Source: Hemiscyllium ocellatum
Taxonomy: Eukaryota
Assembly: GCF_020745735.1 (NCBI RefSeq)
Contig: NC_083438.1
Span: 32,548,443-32,612,442, forward strand
Length of the DNA stretch: 64,000 nucleotides
Reading direction: 5' to 3'
The notes under the pieces are model-generated. The model was not told the origin of the DNA, did no database searches, and saw only the letters and a program-made list of their open reading frames with translations. This document shows positions 46,506 to 57,699 of this stretch, piece after piece; the first letter of the stretch is position 1; each line of letters starts with the position of its first letter. The position numbers and the translations under genes were made by a program.

Positions 46506-47906
46506 GAAGTGTGGTTGGGGGGCAGCATTGGGGGTGGGGGGAGGGGTTGGAGAAAGGATGTCGATAGTTTAGATGAGGTAAACGTGAGAAAGGCAGAACA
46601 ATGGGTGTGTCTCACTGCCAGACTGGAAGGACCAGACAGACCCACTGGGGTGAGGGGAGAGAGGACATGGTGACAGCAAATACAACAGGTAAAATTAAAA
46701 GAAAGGGAAGAAGTGGGCTCATAATCTGAAGGTGTTGAACTCAGGATTGAGCCCAGAAGGCTGTAAAGTGTAACGATGGGATATTGTCCCTCTAGTTTTC
46801 ACTGTGGTTCACTGGAACACTGCAGCGTGCCGAGGACAGGCAGTGCAGCATGTTACCATGGTGTGTTACAATGACCCGCTCTGGTGCATACATATTGTTA
46901 CACTGGGGGCGTGACACTCCCATTCTCACAGGGAGGGGTGGGGAGGGAGGAGTGAGGGATCCGGGTGCAGAACCCTGTCGGGAAAAGCCGGGTGAAAGCT
47001 GCTTTTCCCTTGGAGGGGTTGGAGTGAGATACCGATCTGAGTGCAAGACTCCTGGAAAACTGTGGGTCCAGAGCCGGGGAGTTGACAGGAGGTGAGATAC
47101 AGGGATTGATCTAACCCCCACCCACCCATATCTCACAGTACAATGTGGGTCAGTCTGTGACAAGCTCCCCCCACCCCGGCTGTGCGCGCAAGTTTTAATA
47201 ACCAGGACAGAGAGATTGTAGGGCCGGCTCCGGGCTGTATCTGACTGAGACACAACCTGCTCTCCCTCCAACACGGAGTTTTACCAAATGTTTCTCAGCA
47301 GCTTCTCGGCCTCTTTCGGACATTCAGCTGCTGTCTCACTCTAATAATAATGTGCTCAATTGTCACTGTGTCCCCAACCTGTGCAAACCCATTCCACTTC
47401 CTCTGGTACCCTCTCCCCACATTGACTTCCGTCTTTATATTTCTGGGTCAGAACTTGGGTTCCACCGGCTTTCCCTGTCCCCCACACTCCGACATTTATG
47501 TTGCCATATCCTCCTGATATGGCCAGGAGCTGCAGATGCAGTAGCTGTGGTCAGATCTTTATTGAGTAATGTAAACACGATGGGCCAAATGGCCTCCTTC
47601 TGTGCTGTGGCTGAGTCAATGAGTGACCAGTATCCAGCTGTTCTTTCCCAGTGAGTGTCCAAATGGGAACCATGTGATTCAAAGTGCTGTCCAGCTGCTC
47701 AGTGCTGACAAATATTCAGCACAAGCTGCTTTTAGTTGAAGACCCTCAATGTCTGAGCTTTAACCTTCCCCCAGAAGTGAAAGCAGTGAGTTACTGATCA
47801 GAGCTTCTTGTAAATCCAGCATCGCAGTGTAACCATGTGAAGCTTGGGATGTAACATACCAGCAGGAAGGGTCTATCTGTGGATAAATACTTTCCATCTT
47901 TTCCAG

Positions 47907-48247
47907 GTGACTCACCTGTCCCAGTTTCTGGGTTCCATGGGGAGCAGGTTGTGTTGCCCTGTACCTACAAAGGGAATGTCCCAATCTCAGATTTACTGGT
48001 AACCTGGGGGACACCCAAATATGAATTTGTACACAAGTGAATGGGAGTGAAGATTTAGGGAACAAGACCCACAGTTCAGAAACAGAACAAACCTGTTCAA
48101 AGCTCAACTGGAACAAGGCAACTGGTCAGTTCTGATCTCTGACCTCAGGGAGTCAGACCAGGATCAGTATCAATGTCAGATTTACAGCAAGATGGGAGAT
48201 CGCTTTCAATGGGAGGGAGTTGTATCAGTCCATCTCTCTTGTCACAC
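47907..48247 (+). pseudogene. B7/butyrophilin-like IgV exon, copy V1, disabled
   Basis: Homologous to V2. A 4-nt deletion (AAGTTTGTGAAT to AAGTGAAT) creates TGA, a further 1-nt deletion follows, and the donor position reads ATAAGT instead of GTAAGT. Confidence 0.85.
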
Positions 48248-48369
48248 ATAAGTGTTTTCTTTCAGCTGGTCTGATCTGAATAGTAGTGCAGTGCAGTCAC
48301 TACACTAGACTTTGAACATTTCTGCAGTTTGTTTCAGACATCATACTAAACACATGATGTTTTCTTTAG

Positions 48370-48408
48370 AGCGAGCTCCTTCACCTGGACTGAACACACC
48401 TGTACCAG
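48370..48408 (+). CDS. 39-nt Pro-rich stalk micro-exon (ERAPSPGLNTPVP)
   Basis: gttttctttag|AGCGAG...CCAG|GTAAAT; phase 1-1; length is a multiple of 3. Confidence 0.55.
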
Positions 48409-49687
48409 GTAAATCTGTTTCTAAACTACTACATGTGTTTTCAGCTCTTACATTGGATCATGCTGGATAGACAGGGAGGAACATTGGAAGGCTTGAAATC
48501 CTGTGTGATACTTTACCAAAGAATGACTCAGTGAGAGTGAGTGGTGTGGATCACTGTTACCTGGAACCTGTCCTCAAACATCCCAGAATTGTTATTTCTG
48601 TTCCTGAGACACACCTTTCTATCCCTCAGATTTGGAACACTGGGGATTTCTGCTTCCTACTAGCATTAATATTTCTGGAAATCTGTGTGACAAATTTCGG
48701 TACAATTTTAACGGAACCCTCCTGCTCGGAAACTGATAGGATTGGGAGTGATGCTGATTGAAGTCAGTGGACAGTATTGACCATGGAGTAAAACAATATT
48801 ACTGTAGAAAAAGTAGATTTTACAAATGCTTGGAGTTTTATATGGTCCAATGTGTGATGTTGAAATGTTTTGATGAAATAAGCTTGGGTTAGTTTCTTTT
48901 GAAGGGGAGACCTAATAGAGGTCCATAAGATATGAGGGGCATGGACAGAGTTAATAGAAAACAGCTGTTCCTCTTCATTGAAGGGTTAACAACAAGAGGC
49001 ATCATTTCAAAGTGGTAAGCAGAATTGTAAAAGAGATTGAGGAAAAATATTTTGACCTGGTGAGTGGCAGAAGTCTGAAATGCACTACCTGGAAGGTTAA
49101 TTCTGTAGGGGGATCTATAACAACCTTTACAAAGTGTTTGGATGTCCACTTGAAAAGACATATTATTCAAGGCTCTGGGCCTAATGCTGAAAAGTGGATC
49201 TAATTACAGAATTAGTGTGGTATTGGAGTAGAGATCTGATGGGCTTCTTCTGCACTGTATGATTCTATGAAATCACCCAGTTTTCTCACTGGGTGTCTTT
49301 GTAAGTTGTACATTTCTGACTTTTAAGCTTCCGTCCAAAAAATAAAAGCAGTGAGTTGTTGATCTGAGTTTTAGAGTCATAGAGATGTACAACATGGAAA
49401 CAGACCCTTTGGTCCAACCTATCCATGCTGACCAGATATCCCAACTCAATCTAGTCCCACCTGCCAGCACCTGGCCCATATCCCTCCAAACCCTTCCTAT
49501 TCATATACCCATCCAAATTCCTCTTAAATGTTGTAATTGTACCAGCCTTCACCACTTCCTCTGGCAGCTCACTCCATAAACGTACCACCCTCTGCTCCAG
49601 CATCTCAGTGTAACCATGTGAAGCTTGGGATGTAACATACCAGCAGGAAGGGTCTATCTGTGGATAAATCCTTTCAATCGTTTCCAG

Positions 49688-50026
49688 GTGACTCGCCTAT
49701 CCCAGTTTCTGGGTTCCTTGGGGAGCAGGTTGTGCTGCCCTGTATCTATAAAGGAAATGTCCCAGTCTCTCTGGTAATCTGGGGGACACATAAGAGTGAA
49801 TTTGTACACAAGTTTGTGAATGGGAGCGATGATTTGAGAGAACAAGACCCACTGTTCAGAAACAGAACAAACCTGTTCAAAGATCAACTGGAACAAGGCA
49901 ACTGGTCAGTTCTGATCTCTGACCTCAGGGAGACAGACCAGAATGACTACCAGTGTCAGATTTACGAAAGCATGAGCCCAGATTGTGACTTGGAGCAATC
50001 TGACTTCATCCATCTCTCTCTAACAG
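49688..50026 (+). CDS. B7/butyrophilin-like IgV exon, copy V2, intact
   Basis: tttccag|GTGAC...ACAG|GTTAGA; 339 nt, open; GEQVVLPC...IW...QDPLFRNRTNLFKDQLEQGNWSVLISDLRETDQNDYQC matches the B7-family V-set pattern. Confidence 0.8.
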
Positions 50027-53000
50027 GTTAGAATTCTTTGTTCCAGGTATTCTCTATTTAATCTCCATTTTTACAGGAACAGCAATGCAATGAGTGAGTT
50101 ACTATGTCTGGGTGACTCCAGTCCCAAATTACCGTGGTTGACATTTAACTGCCCTCTTTAATTGTCTGAGCACATCAATCAGTTTATACCAAACCCCAAG
50201 ACATGAAAATCCACAATAAAACCGAATGGGTCACTGGCAATATCACAGCCAGCCCAGCTGACCCTGCAAAGTCCCCCTCACTAATATCTGGGGACTGGGG
50301 TCCAACTTGGGAGACTGTGGGACATAGTTGCTGAGCTCTGTCCCTGTCCATTCCCTGAGCTGTGAGGATGCTTCAATCCAGCCTGTCATTGAGCAGCATC
50401 ATCCAGTCACTTCCAGCTTGTCATCCTCTCGCTGCTGAACAGTCCTCGTGGATTGGAAAGGAGCAAATATTATCCCACTGGAGATCCAGAGGATGGGGCA
50501 TATATTGGGAATTTCAGGAGGTATTTGAGAAGGTGCCACACAATAGGTTGTTGTACAAGATGAGGGCTCAGGGAATTGGGGGGTAATATAGCATGGATTG
50601 AGGATTGGTTAATGGACAGGAACAGAGCAGGAACAAATGGGTCATTGTCAGTTATCAGGATGTAACTGGTGCTACAAGGATCAGTGCTGGGACCTCAGTG
50701 ACTCACAATCTATATCAGTGACTGAGATGGGGGGATAGAGTGGGATTGTCCCAGTTTGCTGCTGATACAAAGCTCAGTGGGAAAGTAAGCTGTGAGGGGG
50801 ATACAGAGGCTGCAAACAGGGATATGCTGGATAAATATATGGGCAATACTGGTGGTAGATAAAGAAAACAGGGGAAAGTGTGAACTAATCACTTTGGAAG
50901 AATGGAAAAGAATTGTGGATAATTCACCAAGTTAACATGTAGAAAACAAGGGAGGTAAATGGGATTTTGGGTGGCTTGATGTCACCCGGGACAGAGGAAG
51001 GAGATCTTGCTGCAGTCTCTGTGGGATATGGGTAAGACCCGACCTGGAGGGCTGTGTACAGTCTCCGTCTCCTTTATTAGACAGAATCCTGGGATGAATG
51101 GGCCTGTATTAACAGGAGTTCAGAAGGAGAAGTGATCTTACTGAATCTCACAGAGAGCTGTCAAGGGTAGAACAGTAAGTATATTCAAAGCTGAAAGAGA
51201 TACATTTTTATTCAGGAAGGGAATCAGGGATTATGGAGAAAAGGCAGGAAAATGGAGCCCAGGATGATCAGATCAGTCATGGTCTCAGTAATTAACAGAA
51301 CACTCGATAGGTCGAATGGCCTCCTTCTGCCCCTATGACTTATGAACAGGGTAGCTTCTGTTTCCCCATGCCTGCTGGTTGAAATTTTCTTCTCCATGTG
51401 GGCGTGGATGCTCCATTATTAAATCTGTTTCAGACTGAGATGGACAGATTTGAACATTCCTATCCTTTTTCCAACCCCTCTGTGACCTTAGCCCTCCCTA
51501 TGTGTAACCACCTTCAGCTGTACAGCCCTCAGATCTCTGTGCTCCTGTATCCCTGATATTTCCATTGCTGCCCCATTGGTGGCTGTGCCTTCAGCTGCCT
51601 GGCTCTGAAGCTCTGTAATTCCTCACCTCAACCTCTTTGTGTTTGTCTCCCTCTGTGTTCCTCTGTCTGTACTTTTTCTTTGTTCCCTTCTGTCTCTCTT
51701 TGGCTTTTCCTCTAACCATTACACCTCTAAGCTCCTCCCCTCCCAGTCCCAAAGCAGGGATGGTTCTTGAAAACTGAGTTTTGTCTGAGTTGTGGTTTGT
51801 GTAGTTTAGTGTCAATTTTTGTTTTATATCAGTCCTGTGTTCAATGGTAAAGTTACAATATAAATGCAAGTTGTTGTTACTCACTTTACTCCTGGACTTT
51901 TCAAACCTTCCCCTTATCCTGGGCATCAGGGAGTTCAGTCACTGGGAAGTCCATCTCGGATTTCCTTGTTTCCCTCAATATCACATCTCTGTGCTCACCC
52001 CCTTTCCCCACATATACCCCTCACAGTGGGAGGAGGAACTATTGCAGGGTTCTCTCACTCTCTCCTCTGGCCCTCCCTCTGTCAGTCAGCACAGCTCCTG
52101 TGCAGTGTCCAGCTCTTGCCCATTGCCTCCCCTATAAGCCTCCTCTCCTCTACACTCTGCGCTCCATCACCGTGCAGCTCCTGTCACCCATTTTCCAGCT
52201 GCCATTGGTCCCCAGGATGATGACCATCATTTAATGGGTCTGTGCTCCTGAACAGCTCCGTTACACACGTTACACGCGTCCAAAGTGTTGAATTCTTGTC
52301 ACCTGTACTGTACTTGCTCCTCGGAAACACCACCAGATGGGCTATATTGAAACCAGCAATCAAAATGGAGCATCGAATGGTGACCCTTTGAGAGAGGTGA
52401 CCTGTTCAGGTGAAGCATGGAGCCTTGTACCAACAGCACCTGAGCATCAGGATGGAGCGGCTGGAGAACAAAACCTTCTGGGGAACGGGGCTGCCCAGCA
52501 CTGACTGAGTTTCCACCGCACTGAGCCTGGCTCAGGAAGGGGGAATCAGCCCAGTGTTGGGGGGATAGAGTGATTCCGAGTGGAAGATCTGAGTTCAGGA
52601 TTGGGATCAACAATCACTTCCCACTTTGCACAAACTCCTCTGAGCAGCACAATCTCTGGAGAGAAACTCCCAGTGTGACTGTTATCTGTTTACGAGAAAA
52701 AAAAATCCCAAGTATTTCATTCTCTGGCTAATATTTCAGTCGTACTGTTACAGACTGTGTCCAAACAGCTGTGTCCCCAACGCTAATCCTGTGAGATATT
52801 TTTCACATGTAATTTCTTTATTCTTAATTAAGAACTTTATTAAGTTGTTCTCAGTGTGAGTGACACTGCCAGGGCCCCATTTATTGTCCATGTAGCCTTG
52901 ACTCACTGCAGTCCTTGTAGTGATGGTGCTCCTACAGTGGGGAACATGGGAAGAGGCTTCAGAAACTCACCCTGCAGCAGCACCTACTGGGCAAAGCCAG

Positions 53001-53289
53001 GAACTACGTTATTGCCAGTAACTGTTTTATATCCAGAATTCAGATTCTGGTTGCTTTACAGACTGTAAGTAAAAAATGAGGTCTGCAGATGCTGGAGATC
53101 ACAGCTGCAAATGTGTTGCTGGTCAAAACACAGCAGGTTAGGCAGCATCTCAGGAATAGAGAATTCGACGTTTCGAGCATAAGCCCTTCATCAGGAATCA
53201 TGAAACTGTATCTGGACAAACATTTGTATTGATATGACCTGTAAGTGAAACTGTTAATTTTCTTTGAATTTTTAACAATTCTACTGTAA

Positions 53290-56200
53290 ACACTGGACTC
53301 TGAGGGGAATGTACCAAGAACAGCCAAGTTTCTGGTTTTGAGACAGGCTCTAATGTAATGAGGGGTACTTCTGGTTCCAAGCGATCAATTGTAACAGGGG
53401 ACACTCTAGTCAGAGGCACAGACTGACGTTTCTGCAGCCAGCAGCAAAAAAATCAGAATGGTGTGTTGCCTCCCTGGTGCCAGGATCAAGGATGTCTCAA
53501 AGAAGGTGCAGAGTGTTCTCAAAGGGGAGAGGGACCAATAAGATGACATTGTACACATTGGAACCAATGACACAGGCAGGGAAAAGCATGAGATTCTGAA
53601 GATAGAATATAGAAAATTAAGCAGGAATTTAAAAAGGCCCTTGAGGGTAGTAATATCTGGATTACTCCTGCTGCTACAAACTAGTGAGCGTAGCAATAGG
53701 AGGATAGAGCAGATGAATGCATGGCTGAAGAGATGATGCATGGGAAAAAGGTTCACATTTTTGGATCATTGGAATCTCTTCTGGGATAGAAGTCATCTGT
53801 ACAAGAAGGATGGATTGCACCTGAATTGGAAGGGGACTAATATACTGGCAGGGAGATTTGCTGGAGCTGCTCAGGAGGGGTTACGCTAGTAAGGTGGGGG
53901 AGTGGGACTAGGGAGATAGATCAATCTCAGACTGGAACACGTGGAAAAAGGAGTGAGTCAAACAACGAGGGCAGGCAGCAACAAAGCAGAGAACAAGGGA
54001 GGATTGATAAATTTACTTCAATGAAAGAGGCCTAACAAGGAAGGCAGATGAACCCAGGGCATGGTTAGCAACATGAGACTGAGATATCATAGCAATAACA
54101 GAAACGTGGCTCAAGGGTGGAGAGGGCTGGCCGCTTAATGTTCCAGGATGCGAATGCTATAAGAAGGATAGAAAGGGAGGCAAGAGAGGAGGGGGAGTGG
54201 CATTTCTGATGAGCGATAGCATTACTGCTGTACTTAGGGAGGATATACCTGGGAACACATCCAGGGAGGCTATTTGGGTGGGACTGAGAAATAAGAAAGG
54301 GATGATCACTTTATTGGGATTGTATTATAGATCCCCAATAGTCAGTGGGAAATTGAGAAACAAATTTGTAAGATTTCAGTTATCTGTAAGAATAATAGGG
54401 TGGTTATGGTAGGGATTTTAACTTTCCAAACATAGACTGGGACTGCCATAGTGTTAAGGGTTTAGATGGAGAGGAATTTATTAAGTGTGTACAAGACAAT
54501 GTTTTGATTCAGTATCTGGAAGTATCAATGAGCGAAGGTGCAAAACTTGACCTACTCTTGGGAAATAAGGCAGGACAGGTGACTGAGGAGTCAGTGGGAG
54601 AGCACTTTGGGGCCAGCGACCATAATTCTATTAATTTTTAAATAGTGATGGAAAAGGATAGACTGGTTCTAGGAGCTGAAGTTCTAAATTGGAGGAAGGC
54701 TAATTTTGATGATATTAGGCAAGAACTTTCACAAGCTGATTGGGGTAGATGTTCACAGGTAAAGGGACGGCCTTCAAAAATGAGATAACGTGAGTCCAGA
54801 GACAGTATATTCCTGTTTGGGTGAAAGGAAAGGCTGATAGCTATAGGGAATGCTGCATGACTAGAGAAAATTAGGTTTTGATTAAGAAAAAGAAGGAAGC
54901 AGATGTCAGACACAGACAGAAGATATTGCGAGAATATTCAAAACAGTGTAAAGGCAGTAGGAATATTCTTAAGAGGGAGATCAGGAGGGCAAAAAGGGGA
55001 CATGAGATACATTTGGCAAATAGGGTTAAGGAGAATCCAAAGGATTTTTATAAATACATGAAGGACAAAAGGGTAACTAGGGAGAGAATAGGCCTCAAAG
55101 ATCAGCAAGGCTACAGGAGATGGGGAAGACACCAAAAGAGTATTTCACATCAGTGTTTACTTTGGAGAAGGGCGTGGAAGATATAGAATGTAGGGAAATA
55201 GATGGTGACATCTTGAAAAATGTCCGCATTACAGAGGAGGAAGTGCTGGAATGCATGTCTTCAAACACATAAAAGTGGATAAATCCCTAGGACCTGATCA
55301 GGTGTACGCTAGAACTCTGTGGGAAGCCAGGGAAGTGATTGCGGGGCCCCTTGCTGAGATATTTGTATCATTGATAGTCGCAGGTGTGGTGCCTGAAGAC
55401 TGGAAGTTGGTTAACGTGATACCACTATTTAAGAAAGGTGGTAAGAGAAAGACAGGGAACTATAGACCAGTGAGCCTGACGCTTTTGGAGGGGAATTCTG
55501 AGGGACAGGATTTACATGTATTTGGAAAGGCAAGGACTGATTAGGGATAGTTAGCATGGCTTTGTGCATGGGAAATAATATCTCACGAGCATGATTGAGT
55601 TTTTTTAAAGAAGTAACAAAGAGGATTGAAGAGGGTCGAGTGGTGGACGTGATCTATATGGACTTTGGTAAGGCATTCGACAAGGTTCCTCACAGGAGAC
55701 TGGTTAGCAAGGTTAGACCTCATGGAACACAGAGAGAACTAGCCATTTGGTACGGCTCGAAGGTAGGAGACCTTCGAAGGTGAAAGGTGGAAAATTGCTT
55801 TTCAGACTGGAGGCCTGTGACCAGTGGAATGCCACAAGGATTGGTGTTGGGTTCACTGCTTTTTGTTATTTATATAAATGATTTAGATGTGAACATAGGA
55901 AGTATAGTTAGTAAGTTTGCAGATGACACCAAAATTAGAGGTGTTGTGAACAGTGAAGAAGGTTACCTCAGATTGCAAACAGATCTTGATCTGATGGGCC
56001 AATGGGATGAGGAGTGGCAGATGGTATTTAATTCATATAAATGTGAGGTACTGCATTTTGGGAAAGCAAATCTGAGCAGGACTTATACACTTAATGGTAA
56101 GGTCCTAGGGAGTGTTGCTGAACAAAGAGACCTTGGGTTGCAGGTTCATAGCTCCTTGAAAGTAGAGTTACAGGTATATAGGATAGTGAAGAAGGTATTT

Positions 56201-56820
56201 GTATGTTTTCGTTTATTGGTCAGACCATTGATTATAGGAGTTGGGAGGTCATGTTGCGGCTGTACAGGACATTGGTTAGGCCACTGTTGGAATATTGCGT
56301 GCAATTCTGGTCTCCTTCCTGTCAGAAGGATGTTGTGAAACTTGAAAGCGTTCAGAAAAGATTTACTAGGATGTTGTCAAGGTTGTAGGATTCGAGCTAC
56401 AGGGAGAGGCTGAATATGCTGGGGCTGTTTTCTCTGGAGTGTCGGAGGCTGAGGGGTGACCTTGTAGAGGTTTCTAAAATCATGAGATGCATGGATAGGA
56501 TAATTAGACAAAGTCTTTTCCCTGGGGTTGGGGAGTCTAGAACCAGAGGGCGTAGGTTTAGGATGAGAGGGGCAAGATATTAAAGGGGCATATGAAGCAG
56601 CTTTTTCATGCAGAGGGAGGTGCCTGTATTGAATGAGCTGCCAGAGGAAATGGTGTAGGCTGGTACAATTACAGCATTTAAAAGACATCTGATGGGTACA
56701 TGAATACGAATGGTTTAGAGAGATATGGGTGAAGTGCTGGCAAATGGGACTAGATTAGGTTAGGATATCTGGTCGGCATGGACAAGTTGGACTGAAGGGT
56801 CTGTTTCCATGCTGTCCATC
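53290..56820 (+). mobile_element. Near full-length CR1 (ORF1 esterase remnant + ORF2 + 3' end), degenerate
   Basis: GD.LVRGT...VCCLPGARI.DV...VHIGTND in ORF1; EN and RT motifs; 3' tail. Confidence 0.9.
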
Positions 56821-57699
56821 TTTGTGAGTTTATGCATACGAATATAAAAAAATACATTTTTAAAGACTAATATATCTATATAATTGTATCATAACTATTT
56901 TATATATGAATCTGTCAGGTACAGCTATTCATTTTCTATTTGTGTGCTGTTTGCTCCAGGGTACAATTCAAAAGGATCTAGTGTTAATATGTGTGACATA
57001 TATGAAATTCTGTAAATATTTTAAAGTTGGATATATCTATATTTCTATCCTGGATATCTGTACTGATTGTACGGATACATCTTGTATATTTCAGTATTAG
57101 TTTCACATATGAGGCATTTGCTCCAATAGTTATATTTTTCACTGGAGTAATGGATTTTATGTTGTCAATATTTTATCAATTGAAATACAATACCTTTTAT
57201 ATTGGATATTTGTATTTTTCTACTTGTAGTTTTAGCTCCAAGCTGTGATTAAAGAGAAGCTGCTGCTGATATTTGTGGGTCTACAGACTTATGTTTATTG
57301 ACTCTGCTGGTCACTGCAAGAACAGAGGGGCTGCTGTCTACAGGCAGTAAGTCCCTGATACCACTTGGAGTGAATGGAATTGGCTGAAGACGGGGATCAG
57401 TGATTGTGGGAATCTCAGGAGGAGGCTGGGAATGATCAGCTTGTCAATGTTCCTGGTGGTGGGGAGTGTAGGTGTTTTGGCGGAGAGGGGTGGTGTCTTA
57501 AATTTTAAAAAATAATTTCAAAAATATGCTTTATTCATAAAATCTTTAGAAACATAGTCACTTGAGCAGTTCAATTCTGCATTGTTGTTACATATGAAAA
57601 TCAAACAAATCCAAGGAATTTCTTACTTATATAACACAACAGTTACATGAACTTTGGGCATTAGGAAGGTCAGATAATTGTACAGACCTCCATTTAACT

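Noticed and set aside
50077-50093. Micro-exon after V2 giving GTAMQ* (secreted V protein)
   Set aside because: The implied intron is only 50 nt, too short for normal vertebrate splicing; unsupported without transcripts.
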